Assembly (NCBI GenBank): GCA_963796285.1
Contig: CAWCKW010000013.1
Location: 32,001 to 96,000, forward strand
DNA: 64,000 nt
DNA from: Nitrospirota bacterium
GTDB lineage: Bacteria; Nitrospirota; UBA9217
Reading direction: 5' to 3'
Positions 9,099 to 19,663 of the stretch are shown piece after piece (position 1 is the stretch's first letter; the number at the start of each line of letters is the position of its first letter). Made by a program: the position numbers and the translations under genes. The notes beneath the pieces were generated by a model. The model was not told the origin of the DNA. It saw nothing but the letters and a program-made list of their open reading frames with translations, and did not search any database.

Positions 9099-9335
9099 AG
9101 TATTCCTCCTGTCCGATATTGGTTTGGCTGCCGTTACACCGGTACCATAATTCCAGTTAAGGGGATAATTACCTTAAAAAAAATGAAATGCACTTGTGCT
9201 TCTGCCCCTTGTCAACGAGACCTGCCCCGTATTTCCGATATAACAGATCCTGCTTTCATGATCGAATAACCCGTCCTGTTCTCATTTTCATTACCTCGTC
9301 AGGTCAATGAAAAAGCAACAGCACTATATGAGTAT

Positions 9336-9351
9336 TACACTTATCGTGCCA
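9336..9351 (-). promoter_or_regulatory. candidate sigma54 -24/-12 promoter
   Basis: TGGCACGATAAGTGTA: consensus -24 box, -12 box TGTA instead of TGCA. Confidence 0.45.
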
Positions 9352-9446
9352 GAGGAAAGCTGCGGATTCCGCGGTGACAAGACATTGATTGTTCAGACTT
9401 AGATGGATAGTGGGTTTTAGAGGTGAGAAGAAAGCTGTCAAGGTTA

Positions 9447-9482
9447 GCCGTCGCATTTAACAGAACCGTCAAATGCGACGGC
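9447..9482. promoter_or_regulatory. perfect 12-bp inverted repeat, candidate enhancer (UAS)
   Basis: GCCGTCGCATTT-N12-AAATGCGACGGC about 100 bp upstream of the candidate sigma54 site. Confidence 0.5.
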
Positions 9483-9571
9483 GGTGAAGCGAAGATATAT
9501 TTTATAAGTCTTGTGTCGTATAGTTGACCAGGGGCAGTTACGAATTGAAGAGAGGTTTCACCCATGAGGGA

Positions 9572-10717
9572 TCACTTCCCAAATTGAATTTCAAGGGTAG
9601 CCAGAAAAGCGTATGCGGAATTCCTTCGGTAGCTCTCATCTCTCGGCCAGGTGACTTCAGGCGCAAGCTCGAAGAAGAGCCAGGGCCGGTAAAAATTCCG
9701 TCGATAGAGTGACCCGATCCGATAATTTTGAACGATCCAGCCAGGATGATTCACTCCCCATATACTGGTATCATAGGAAATTGCGCTCTTGGGTGTCAAT
9801 TGAGTAAGAAGACTGATCCCGGTATTCCAGGTTATGCCGGACGTGCCCTCAGTAAAGGTCACGTTATTGCCCCATCGGACGAACGTAAACGTGGTGAACT
9901 TTCGTTCAAGATCGAGTTGTACTGTGTTCGTGAAATGTTCAACGGCTTGCCACATGGCGATTTCGGAAAATCGGATAAGGTAAACCTCGCCAAAGGGCTT
10001 CTCGTATTGATTCCGCATCCTGATATAGGCATCGGGGTGCAAACTGATCTTTATACCGCTGTCAAAACTGACCAGTGAACGGAGCCTGGTATACAAATCT
10101 GCTCGCACCCCGACAATCGGTTTTCTGGCCCCTGTCGCAGGGTCGGTTCCGGGATCGACGGGCAGACCGGGCTGGGTGGTGAATTTGTCGGCAGCAGATT
10201 CCGAAACAATATAAAACTTTGCTCTTTTCAGCAAGTTCTCTATCTGGGGCAGGCGGTACCGGAACCTGTAATAGTGGACAAGATCGACATCCTTCCCCTC
10301 TATCCATCGGACTGTATTTCTTAATATGATTAATGTGGCGGGCCGGACATCCAGCAAAACATGGTCCTTCACAAAGAAGGTATCAAACCATACCGCTGGT
10401 TCACAGGTGTGGTCCTGTACAAAATCATGCACCTGGTCCATCCAATTATCGCCTTCAACGACGACGGTAAAGCAGGGGTTTATTTGCGGCCCGAATCGCT
10501 CCGTGCTTTCGGTTGGTGTCACCGGTGGAGGCACTTGGTCGGTTTTAGGCACCTGCTGTGCTGCGGGTGAAGGGGGAAGCTGTTGAGTATTCGTTTCCGC
10601 GCTTGATAGGTTACTATCTGTCGTAGTCGAAACCATTCCCGGCTGTTCCAGGGTTTCAGCGCTCGCGCCATGAAAACCGGTGAAGAGAAGAACGAGGCTG
10701 AAAAACAACGGGATCAA
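9572..10717 (-). CDS. hypothetical outer-membrane beta-barrel-like protein
   Basis: signal peptide, amphipathic beta pattern, YRRNFYRPWLFFELAPE, C-terminal LEIQFGK. Confidence 0.7.
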   Translation of the reverse strand: MIPLFFSLVLLFTGFHGASAETLEQPGMVSTTTDSNLSSAETNTQQLPPSPAAQQVPKTDQVPPPVTPTESTERFGPQINPCFTVVVEGDNWMDQVHDFVQDHTCEPAVWFDTFFVKDHVLLDVRPATLIILRNTVRWIEGKDVDLVHYYRFRYRLPQIENLLKRAKFYIVSESAADKFTTQPGLPVDPGTDPATGARKPIVGVRADLYTRLRSLVSFDSGIKISLHPDAYIRMRNQYEKPFGEVYLIRFSEIAMWQAVEHFTNTVQLDLERKFTTFTFVRWGNNVTFTEGTSGITWNTGISLLTQLTPKSAISYDTSIWGVNHPGWIVQNYRIGSLYRRNFYRPWLFFELAPEVTWPRDESYRRNSAYAFLATLEIQFGK

Positions 10718-10987
10718 AAAATAACGGAGATGCCTCGCAGCAATAATTATACGATCCTCGGTTCTGATATACTCCTCCCTTTGAAGTGCGTGCTGAAATT
10801 CTCGCCTCTCCCCTTGGGGAGAGGATTGCGGTTAGTGAGGCATGCCAGTTTGAATTTTAGGTATTCTCTATTTTGGAGAATTATGCAAGGGTTGCATGTC
10901 TTTATCAATCCGTGTTCATCAGATTTCGCTTTGAAGCTCCCATTTTCGATACCGTGTCCAAATGCTCTTTCCCAAATGGGCCTTTTT

Positions 10988-12715
10988 TTATGAACGGCGG
11001 ATGCCTTCTTTCCGCATCCGGCCGCGAAGCGTGCTGGGGTTGAGACCGAGCATCGCCGCTGCGCCTTTTTCCCCCTCGATCCTCCACCCGGTTTTCTCGA
11101 GCGCCTGGAGGATGTGGTCGCGTTCCAGCGTGGCAAGGCTCTTGCCGTCCCGCGCCTCCTGTTCACCGGCCTGCGGGGAATTCACAAACCGGTCCAGTAT
11201 CTGCAACCCGGCCCCCAGGCTCGTGATCACCGCCCGCTCGATGATACTCTCCAACTCGCGCACGTTGCCCGGCCAGTCGTATTCCTGGAGGACGTTCAGG
11301 GTGTCTTTCGACACGGTCTCGATCTTCTTTCCTGTTTTCTTGTTGAATTTGGCGACAAAATAATCGACAAGAAACGGGATGTCCTCCTTGCGCTGCCGGA
11401 GGGGCGGGATCGTGATGGGGAAAACATTCAGCCGATAGAACAGGTCTTCCCGGAACCTGCCCTTCCGGATCTCCTCCTCCAGATTACGGTTGGTGGACGC
11501 GATGATCCGCACGTTGACCTTGATGGTCTTTGGGCTGCCCAGCCGCTCGAACTCGCCGTCCTGGATGACCCTGAGCAGCTTGGTCTGAAGGTCGATCGGC
11601 ATCTCGCCGATCTCGTCGAGAAACAGGGTGCTGTTGTCGGCAAGTTCGAAGCGCCCAACCTGCCGGTCGTGGGAGCCGGTGAACGCGCCCTTTTCCCGCC
11701 CGAAGAGCTCGCTTTCGATGAGGTTCGCCGGGAGCGCCGAGCAGTTGACCGTAATCATGGGCCGGTCCTTGCGGCTGCTCTTGCCGTGAATGGAGCGCGC
11801 TACTAATCCCTTCCCCGTGCCGGTCTCGCCAAGGAGAAGAACGGTCGCCTCCTGCGGCGCCACCTGTTCGACCTTGAAGAACACATACTCAAGAGCATTG
11901 CTTCGCCCGATGATCTCGCCGAAGTTATATTCCTTGTCGATCACTTTGTGAAGATAGATGTTCTCAGCCTGGAACCGGTCCTTTAACTGCTTGTTTTCCG
12001 CATACGCGCTCCGGAGCGACTCTTCCGTCCCCTTGCGCTCCTCTATTTCCTGCGAGAGCTGCTCGTTTGCTCTGGTCAGCTCTCCCGTTCGTTCCCTTAC
12101 CTTCAGGTCAAGGTCGCCATAGGCCTTTTGGAGCACCTCTTCGGCTCGCTTGCGCTCGGTGACCTCGAGGATCGTGGTACGGATATAACCGGTCTTGCCG
12201 TCCAGAATTTCATTCGCTACGCTTTGGAGCTGCGCATAGAACACAGCGCCGTCTTTTCTCTTAAACCTGATTTCACAGGTCTGCATGCCCTGCTTTTGAA
12301 AAATCTCCTTACGGTGTTTCGAAAAAATCTCCCTGTCCGCCGCTTCCGCGATAAAACTGCTGAAGGGCCTCTTGAGCAGCAATCCCCTCTCGATTCCCAG
12401 CAAATGCGCGCCGCTAAGATTTACCCCCTCTATCAGTCCCCGTGCATCAATGGTAAAATAGCCGACAGGCGCAAAGTCATATAATTCAGCGTACTGATTC
12501 CTCGATGACTCCAGTTCATCCCGGACTTTGCGCAGTTCTTCATTTTGCATCTCGAGCTCGATCTGATGCGTCCCCAGTTCGTGGACAAGTTCCTGAATGT
12601 CCCGGGCAGAGAGCTTGTGCAGCCTCTCAAGCTGTGTGCGCAGCTTTTCCTCGGCTTTATTGCGAAGTGAGGCGAGATTGTCTGTCTGTCGGTTCGATGA
12701 AAGGGATTTTTTCAT
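10988..12715 (-). CDS. PAS-domain sigma54-dependent transcriptional activator
   Basis: [50 protein letters not shown]-terminal HTH. Confidence 0.95.
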   Translation of the reverse strand: MKKSLSSNRQTDNLASLRNKAEEKLRTQLERLHKLSARDIQELVHELGTHQIELEMQNEELRKVRDELESSRNQYAELYDFAPVGYFTIDARGLIEGVNLSGAHLLGIERGLLLKRPFSSFIAEAADREIFSKHRKEIFQKQGMQTCEIRFKRKDGAVFYAQLQSVANEILDGKTGYIRTTILEVTERKRAEEVLQKAYGDLDLKVRERTGELTRANEQLSQEIEERKGTEESLRSAYAENKQLKDRFQAENIYLHKVIDKEYNFGEIIGRSNALEYVFFKVEQVAPQEATVLLLGETGTGKGLVARSIHGKSSRKDRPMITVNCSALPANLIESELFGREKGAFTGSHDRQVGRFELADNSTLFLDEIGEMPIDLQTKLLRVIQDGEFERLGSPKTIKVNVRIIASTNRNLEEEIRKGRFREDLFYRLNVFPITIPPLRQRKEDIPFLVDYFVAKFNKKTGKKIETVSKDTLNVLQEYDWPGNVRELESIIERAVITSLGAGLQILDRFVNSPQAGEQEARDGKSLATLERDHILQALEKTGWRIEGEKGAAAMLGLNPSTLRGRMRKEGIRRS

Positions 12716-12859
12716 TTTTTATGAATCCGCATTATACTGTTAGTCCTCTGTGTCGATAATAGCGGGTCATTTTGCACAAGCATTCCCCCACCCGCAACGC
12801 TTAATCATTATTTTTCAAATCGGGAACAGTATACCATATTTTTTTTGTTCCCGGATCCA

Positions 12860-12936
12860 CTTTTCTCCCGATAGCTTTCGTCTTCAATGACGATCTGGTG
12901 CCCGGTGTGCACCAGGCGGTCCAGTGTCGAATCGGC
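12860..12936 (-). mobile_element. IS21-family istB C-terminal remnant
   Basis: translates ADSTLDRLVHTGHQIVIEDESYRE, matching the IstB LDRLxH...ESYR motif. Confidence 0.65.
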
Positions 12937-13157
12937 ATTAATTATCTGATAGTACGGCAATTAACGTAAAAAGGAGTACTCACCCAATGGGTGTACAGAC
13001 CATGTATCTTGTACAAAAAACGTGCTTCGTCTTGACGTGGATACCGGCGGACGAAAAGGTTCGTAGAGAATGGGATCCACCTGGGACGTTCGCCCTTTTG
13101 GACAGTTGGCTTATTCATCGGGTTTTTGAAGACCGGGGGACTGTTCGATCAATGGAT

Positions 13158-15134
13158 CTACAACTTCCCCTTAACGAGGTTGTCCACCACCGACGGATCG
13201 GCCAGGGTCGAGGTATCGCCCAGGTCTTCCACCTGGTTGTGGGCGATCTTCCGGAGGATGCGGCGCATGATCTTGCCGCTTCGCGTCTTCGGCAGGCCGG
13301 GCGCGAACTGGAGCTTGTCCGGCGTGGCGATCGGCCCGATGTTCGAGCGGACGTGGCCGGTGAGGACCTTCTTGAGATCGTCGGTCGGCTTGAACCCGTC
13401 CTTGAGCGTCACATACACGTAGATGCCTTCGCCCTTGATGTCGTGCGGATAGCCGACGACCGCTGCTTCGGCTACCGCCTCGTGGCTGACGAGCGCGGAC
13501 TCGACCTCGGCAGTGCCGAGCCGGTGGCCGGACACGTTGATCACGTCGTCCACGCGGCCCATGAGCCAGTAATCGCCGTCCTCGTCCACGCGCGCGCCGT
13601 CGCCGGTGAAGTACTTGCCCGGGAACCGGGTGAAGTAGACCTCTTTGATCCGCTTGTTCGCGGGGTCTCCGTAGGTGCCGCGAAGCATGCCGGGCCAGGG
13701 TTTGTCGATGCACAGGTAGCCGCCTTCGTTTGCCTTGGCAGGCGAGCCGTCCTCTTTTACCACACTGGGGACGACGCCCGGGAACGGACGGGTTGCCGAG
13801 CCCGGCTTGGTCGTGATGGCGCCGGGGAGCGGCGTGATCAGGATGCCGCCGGTCTCGGTCTGCCACCACGTGTCCACGATCGGCAGCTTTTCGTGCCCCA
13901 CGTGCTTGTGGTACCACATCCACGCCTCGGGGTTGATGGGCTCTCCCACGCTTCCGAGGACCTTGAGGGAGGAGAGGTCGTGCGTGGTCACCCAGCTGTC
14001 GCCTTCTTTCATGAGCGCGCGGATGGCCGTGGGCGCGGTGTAGAAGATGTTGACCTGGTGCTTGTCTACGATGTCCCAGAACCTGCCCGGGTCGGGATAG
14101 GTCGGGATGCCTTCGAACATGAGCGAGGTGGCGCCGTTCGAGAGCGGGCCGTACAGGATGTAGCTGTGACCGGTGACCCATCCGATGTCGGCGGTGCAGA
14201 AGTGGATGTCTTCTTCGTGGTAGTCGAAGATCCACCGGAACGATATGTTGGTATAGAGCAGGTAGCCGGCGGTGGTATGCAGCACGCCCTTGGGCTTGCC
14301 CGTGGAGCCCGAGGTGTAGAGGATGAAGAGCGGGTCTTCCGCGTCCAACTTCTCGGGTTCGCAATAGTTCGTGATGTCCTTTGCCGCCATCTCCTCATGC
14401 CACCACGTGTCCCTGCCTGGTTCCATGTTGACCTTGCCCGTGCCTGCCCGCTGGACCACGATCATGTCCTTCACCGTCGGGCATTCGAGGAGCGCTTCGT
14501 CGGCGTTGGCCTTTAAGGGGATGAACCGGCCGCCGCGCAGGCCTTCGTCCGCGGTGATGACCATGGACGACTGGCAGTCCTGGATGCGGTCCCGCATTGC
14601 CTTCGCGGAAAACCCGCCGAACACCACGCTGTGGATCGCGCCGATGCGCGCGCAGGCCAGCATGGAGACCGCCAGCTCGGGGATCATGGGGAGATAGATG
14701 GTGACCCGGTCGCCCTTCTTGACGCCTTTCTTCTTGAGGACGTTGGCGAAGCGGTTCACCTCGTAATACAGCTGCTGGTACGTGAAGGTCTTGTACACCC
14801 CGCTGTCCGCTTCCCAGATGAGCGCGGCCTTGTTCCGGGTGGGGGTGGTGATGAACCGGTCAAGGCAGTTCACCGAGGCATTCAGTTTTCCTCCCGCGAA
14901 CCACTTGATGGAGGGCTTGTGGAAATCGTAGTCCAGGACCTTGTCCCATTTCTTGTACCACGTAAGGTTCTTTTCGGCCATCTCCGCCCAGAACTTCTCG
15001 GGGTCGTCCACCGACCGCTTGTAGAGCTGCTCGTACTCCTTCATGCTCTTGATGTGCGCTTTTTGACTGAATTCCTTTGACGGAGGGAACGTCCGTTTTT
15101 CCGTCGACAGGACTTGGATGCTTTCTTCTGCCAT
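13158..15134 (-). CDS. acs: acetyl-CoA synthetase (AMP-forming)
   Basis: [33 protein letters not shown]. Confidence 0.97.
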   Translation of the reverse strand: MAEESIQVLSTEKRTFPPSKEFSQKAHIKSMKEYEQLYKRSVDDPEKFWAEMAEKNLTWYKKWDKVLDYDFHKPSIKWFAGGKLNASVNCLDRFITTPTRNKAALIWEADSGVYKTFTYQQLYYEVNRFANVLKKKGVKKGDRVTIYLPMIPELAVSMLACARIGAIHSVVFGGFSAKAMRDRIQDCQSSMVITADEGLRGGRFIPLKANADEALLECPTVKDMIVVQRAGTGKVNMEPGRDTWWHEEMAAKDITNYCEPEKLDAEDPLFILYTSGSTGKPKGVLHTTAGYLLYTNISFRWIFDYHEEDIHFCTADIGWVTGHSYILYGPLSNGATSLMFEGIPTYPDPGRFWDIVDKHQVNIFYTAPTAIRALMKEGDSWVTTHDLSSLKVLGSVGEPINPEAWMWYHKHVGHEKLPIVDTWWQTETGGILITPLPGAITTKPGSATRPFPGVVPSVVKEDGSPAKANEGGYLCIDKPWPGMLRGTYGDPANKRIKEVYFTRFPGKYFTGDGARVDEDGDYWLMGRVDDVINVSGHRLGTAEVESALVSHEAVAEAAVVGYPHDIKGEGIYVYVTLKDGFKPTDDLKKVLTGHVRSNIGPIATPDKLQFAPGLPKTRSGKIMRRILRKIAHNQVEDLGDTSTLADPSVVDNLVKGKL

Positions 15135-15309
15135 TATTGTTTCTCCTTATCTGGATGACCGTATCGTGGTGCCGTTACACCATGAATATAGCATACACAA
15201 GGGGCCTTGAAAAACAGACACCGTCAGGAAACGATTCTCACGCCGATGACCGGCAGCTTCATGCCTCTTGCCTGCATGCAGAGAACGGACAGCAGGCTTG
15301 AACAGATAA

Positions 15310-15792
15310 CTACTTCCCGAACTTCTTCCGCAACATCTGGACCACCACCTTCGGCACAAGGCTGGACACGTCGCCGCCGTAGCTCGCGGCCTCCCTCACG
15401 ATGGTGGATGTGATAAAGGAATATTCTTCACTCGGCATCATGAAAACCGTTTCGATCGTGTTGTCAAGCCTGCGGTTCATAAGGGCCATCTGCATTTCAT
15501 ACTCAAAATCTGATACTGCCCGCAACCCCCGGATAATGGCGATCGCCCTCTTCTTCCTGACATAATCAACGAGCAAGCCGTCAAATCCTTTGATCACGAC
15601 ATTCTTGTATTTAGCCGTTGCTGTCGTGAGCATGGCGATACGCTCTTCAAGTGAAAAAAGCGGCGCCTTTCGGGGATTCTCCGCCACAGCAACAATGACG
15701 TTATCGAATATCCTGAGGCTTCGTTCAACGAGGTCGACGTGCCCATTCGTGACAGGATCAAAGGTTCCAGGGTAGACCGCAATGCGTTTCAT
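15310..15792 (-). CDS. coaD: phosphopantetheine adenylyltransferase
   Basis: YPGTFDPVTNGH, IRGLRAVSDFEYE. Confidence 0.97.
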   Translation of the reverse strand: MKRIAVYPGTFDPVTNGHVDLVERSLRIFDNVIVAVAENPRKAPLFSLEERIAMLTTATAKYKNVVIKGFDGLLVDYVRKKRAIAIIRGLRAVSDFEYEMQMALMNRRLDNTIETVFMMPSEEYSFITSTIVREAASYGGDVSSLVPKVVVQMLRKKFGK

Positions 15793-15830
15793 GGTACCTC
15801 CTTCAATAAAGTGGTCAGCAGTCAGGCCAG

Positions 15831-16445
15831 CTAGCAGAGATCCGGACAATTTATAAAAAAACCTGACTCCTGACCTATCCGACTGTCCCAGACTTCTGAC
15901 TCTTGGCTCCTGCATTTATAAAACGCCAGCACCGTATCACCATACTTTGCTTCCCGATAGAGCCCCAAACCGCCCGCTCGCTCGGGTGACGGTTGCTTCT
16001 TGAAGTGCTCGGCGATCACGATCGCGTCGGATTTCAAAATCCCTGCCTCTGCGATCTGTTCGAGCAAGGGCTGTAATCCCGTTGCGTACGGCGGATCCAG
16101 GAACACGATATCATAAGGTCCTGACGGTTTTTTGAGGAATGACTCTGCCTTCGACAGCATGGCCCGCGATCGTTCTTCGAATCCGGTCTGCTCGATATTC
16201 TGCTTCACAACATTGATCGAATCTTGCGATTCATCAACGAACACAACGCGCGCTGCATCCCTGCTGAGAGCTTCGATGCCGATGCCGCCTGCGCCGGCAA
16301 AAAGGTCGAGAAAGACGGCGTCGACCACCCGATCGCCGAGTATGTTGAACAAGGCCTGCTTCACCTTGTCCGATGTGGGCCTCACGCGGTCCCCTGCCGG
16401 GACCTTCAGCCGTTGTCCCCTGCCACTGCCTCCGGTAACTCTCAT
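15831..16445 (-). CDS. rsmD: 16S rRNA m2G966 methyltransferase
   Basis: RPTSDKVKQALF, DLFAGAG, DPPY, KYGDT. Confidence 0.93.
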   Translation of the reverse strand: MRVTGGSGRGQRLKVPAGDRVRPTSDKVKQALFNILGDRVVDAVFLDLFAGAGGIGIEALSRDAARVVFVDESQDSINVVKQNIEQTGFEERSRAMLSKAESFLKKPSGPYDIVFLDPPYATGLQPLLEQIAEAGILKSDAIVIAEHFKKQPSPERAGGLGLYREAKYGDTVLAFYKCRSQESEVWDSRIGQESGFFINCPDLC

Positions 16446-16463
16446 CGCCTGTCCACCATTGCG

Positions 16464-16528
16464 ATGCTACAGAAAAACCCATTCTGAGTCAAGCACTTCT
16501 TGACACACAAGGTCAATGTGGATATACT
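16464..16528. promoter_or_regulatory. back-to-back sigma70 promoters for rsmD (-) and nfeD (+)
   Basis: minus: TTGACT-N17-TAGCAT (16492-16464); plus: TTGACA-N17-TATACT (16500-16528). Confidence 0.75.
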
Positions 16529-16553
16529 TTTTCATATTCAGGGAGTTATCACC

Positions 16554-17900
16554 ATGCGTTTAACAGCACGATCGACCTTTCTTGTCTCTCTTGTCCTGAT
16601 CATTGCAGTCACCTTCGTTCTCGCGGTGGCCGCTGATGCGAAGAAGGTGAACAAGCCAGCTCCTCCTGCTGAGGCTGCATCGGTTCCCTCCTCAAAAAAG
16701 ATCCACCTGATCGAGATCGACGCGCCCATCACGCCCGTGGTTGCCGAGTACATCATCAAATCCATTGACCGTGCTGAAAAGGCCAATGTTGAAGCCCTCA
16801 TTATCCAGTTGAACACCCCCGGCGGCCTTGTTGACTCCACCCAGCAAATCGTGATGAAGATGATGGCCTCCGAAGTGCCTACCGTGGTCTATGTGGCGCC
16901 GAGCGGAGGCCGCGCCGCTTCTGCCGGTGTGTTCATCACGCTTGCGGCCAATATCGCGGCAATGGCGCCGACCACGCACATAGGCGCGGCACACCCTGTC
17001 CAGATGCAGGGCAAGATGGACGAAACTATGGAAAAGAAGGCCGTGAACGACCTAGCTGCCATGATGCGGGGCATCGCGGAAAAACGCGGCAGGAACGCAA
17101 AGTGGGCGGAAGACGCTGTGCGGAACAGCGTTTCCATCACCGAGACCGAGGCGCTCAAGAACAAGGTCATCGACCTCGTTGCGCCGGATATACCGGCGCT
17201 CGTCAAGGCAATGGACGGCAGGACCGTGGAGATGGTCATCGGAAAGAGGACGCTCAGGACCGCCGGCGCTGAGGTTGAAAAGATCACGATGGGGTTCCGT
17301 GACAAGGTCCTCGGCATTATCAGCAATCCCAACGTCGCTTATATCCTCATGATCCTCGGGTTCTATGGCCTGTACTTCGAGCTCTCGAACCCCGGCGCCA
17401 TCTTTCCCGGCGTGGCCGGCGCCATCTGCCTGATCCTCGCCTTCTACGCCCTCCATACCCTGCCGATCAACTATGCGGGGCTCATGCTCATCATCCTTGC
17501 AATTGCGCTGTTCATTGCCGAGGCATTCATCACGAGCCACGGTATCCTCGGCGTCGGCGGGACCATCGCCATGCTCCTGGGTTCGGTCATGCTCATCGAC
17601 TCTCCTGTCCCGGCGCTCCAGATCTCCTGGGCCGTGATCATCCCGGTCGTGGCCATGTCCGCATTGTTGTTCATCATCACCGTCACCGTCGCGGTCCGGG
17701 TGCGCCGGGAAAAGACCGATACAGGCCGGGAAGGACTTATCGGAAAACAGGCGGAGGCGAGATCGGACCTCGATCCTACGGGCCGGATATTCATCCACGG
17801 CGAATCCTGGAACGCACGGAGCAATGAGCCCATTCATAAAGGTGAAAAGGTGACCATAGTAGATATAGAGGGACTGACTCTCATCGTGAAAAAATCCTAG
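16554..17900 (+). CDS. nfeD: NfeD-family membrane-bound ClpP-class protease
   Basis: LNTPGG, RAASAG, IGAAHPV, TM region, C-terminal OB fold GESWNA. Confidence 0.93.
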   Translation: MRLTARSTFLVSLVLIIAVTFVLAVAADAKKVNKPAPPAEAASVPSSKKIHLIEIDAPITPVVAEYIIKSIDRAEKANVEALIIQLNTPGGLVDSTQQIVMKMMASEVPTVVYVAPSGGRAASAGVFITLAANIAAMAPTTHIGAAHPVQMQGKMDETMEKKAVNDLAAMMRGIAEKRGRNAKWAEDAVRNSVSITETEALKNKVIDLVAPDIPALVKAMDGRTVEMVIGKRTLRTAGAEVEKITMGFRDKVLGIISNPNVAYILMILGFYGLYFELSNPGAIFPGVAGAICLILAFYALHTLPINYAGLMLIILAIALFIAEAFITSHGILGVGGTIAMLLGSVMLIDSPVPALQISWAVIIPVVAMSALLFIITVTVAVRVRREKTDTGREGLIGKQAEARSDLDPTGRIFIHGESWNARSNEPIHKGEKVTIVDIEGLTLIVKKS

Positions 17901-18159
17901 TTATCCAGCGGTAAGCAAACATAACAGTAGTGACCAAAGCCCGATTTTCGCGGTAGAGTAAATGAGGAATACCTGATATGATCGTAAAAAATCGGTCTCA
18001 CACGAAGATCACGGAGGGCACAAAGAAAACTTTGAGCGTTTTCAATATGCCTTTCTTCGTGCCTTCGTGGCTTGGTGTGAACAATTGGCTTACTATGGGA
18101 TCATCAAAATTGACATAACGAATTTCCAATGAACCAACATTCTGCAAAGGAGGAGTAAT

Positions 18160-18933
18160 ATGCAAGCATACGGACTCGGTTTATTGATATTCATCTTTTT
18201 AGGCGGCTGGTTCCTGTTCAACACCCTCAAGATCCTGAAACAGTACGAGCGGGGCCTTATCTTCACCCTCGGCAAGGTCAGCCTGGAACACGGGGTGAAG
18301 GGACCGGGCCTGATCGTGCTTCTTCCGGGCATCCAAAAAATGGTCAGGGTGAGCCTGCGGACGGTTACCATGGACGTCCCGTCGCAGGACGTGATCACCA
18401 AGGACAACGTGACCGTGAAAGTGAACGCAGTGGTCTACTTCCGGGTCATTGACCCACGCAGGGCCGTTGTCGAGGTCGAGGACTTCTATTATGCGACGTC
18501 GCTCATTGCCCAGACCACGCTCCGGAGCATCCTCGGCCAGAATACCCTTGACGACCTGCTCTCGAACCGTGAGGCCATCAATGTCGAGCTCCAGAAAGTG
18601 ATCGATGAACAGACCGAGCCCTGGGGGGTAAAGGTGACGACCGTGGAAGTGAAGAATGTTGACCTCCCGGCCGAAATGCAGCGCGCTATTGCGATCCAGG
18701 CTCAGGCAGAGCGGGAACGCCGGGCCAAGATCATCCATGCCGAAGGCGAGCTCCAGGCATCGGCGAAGCTGGGAGAAGCCGCGGCGGTCATCAGCCAGAA
18801 TCCGATCGCGCTTCAGCTCCGGTACCTCCAGACACTCACCGAGATCGGCACCGAAAAAAATACGACCATCGTATTTCCCCTGCCGATCGATATTTTCTCG
18901 GCATTCTTGAAGCTCGTGGATAAGAAGAACTAA
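18160..18933 (+). CDS. stomatin/slipin (SPFH) protein
   Basis: [37 protein letters not shown]. Confidence 0.95.
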   Translation: MQAYGLGLLIFIFLGGWFLFNTLKILKQYERGLIFTLGKVSLEHGVKGPGLIVLLPGIQKMVRVSLRTVTMDVPSQDVITKDNVTVKVNAVVYFRVIDPRRAVVEVEDFYYATSLIAQTTLRSILGQNTLDDLLSNREAINVELQKVIDEQTEPWGVKVTTVEVKNVDLPAEMQRAIAIQAQAERERRAKIIHAEGELQASAKLGEAAAVISQNPIALQLRYLQTLTEIGTEKNTTIVFPLPIDIFSAFLKLVDKKN

Positions 18934-18965
18934 CACGGAAAATACCCACGCGTGAAATCAATGCA

Positions 18966-18993
18966 AGGCGGCCCTCTCCGGCCGCCTTTTTTT
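18966..18993 (+). terminator. Rho-independent terminator
   Basis: GGCGGCC-CTCTCC-GGCCGCC followed by T7. Confidence 0.85.
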
Positions 18994-19663
18994 GTGCGCA
19001 AATAGAATACACTCGATGCGCTTTACTCACATGCCGATTTGGGATAAAGAAAATATGATGGGTCACTCATCATGTCAATAGAGTTCAATAATAGCTCAAC
19101 AGGTGAACCCATGGCTCCCCTTGATTTACATGTGAATGATAAAGCAACCTCCGGACAACGTCGTGGAGGATTAACGTATGATAAATACGGATGAAAGTAT
19201 AATAGAGGGACTTCCTAGATAAAATACGATCTAAATAAAAATCCGACTTTTTCAGTAGAAACTGACCTATAGGTCAATTTTGATATCAATTTTTCTCAAA
19301 ATAAAACGAATATTTCTTAGAAAGGCGCAAAGAAAGAATAACCTTTTCAAAACTCTGCATCTCCATTTCTTCCCGCGCTATCGCAAGAGAAGGTACGAGA
19401 GACGTCATGGTTCCGGTTTTCCCGGGCCAGAAAAATGCAATATAATGATATTTTTCGCGCTTTCCTCGACAACCATGTCTTTGTTTGCTATAGTTCAAAA
19501 GAAGCACGGTTGCAACCTGCCGCAGTTTATTAAGATAAAAAGCTGATGAACACGCAATGTATTTCAATTCCAACTGAACCATGCCCTTTTCCTTACCTAA
19601 CAGTTGTTATGAAGATTCTCTGTATATTTATGTAAATCTTTTTACGTCTACGGAGGTGCGGAT

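Noticed and set aside
12987-14516. 509-aa plus-strand ORF and other long antisense ORFs (e.g. 1229-2089, 29222-30298, 57053-57949)
   Set aside because: Shadows of well-supported genes on the opposite strand in GC-rich coding DNA; no recognisable motifs
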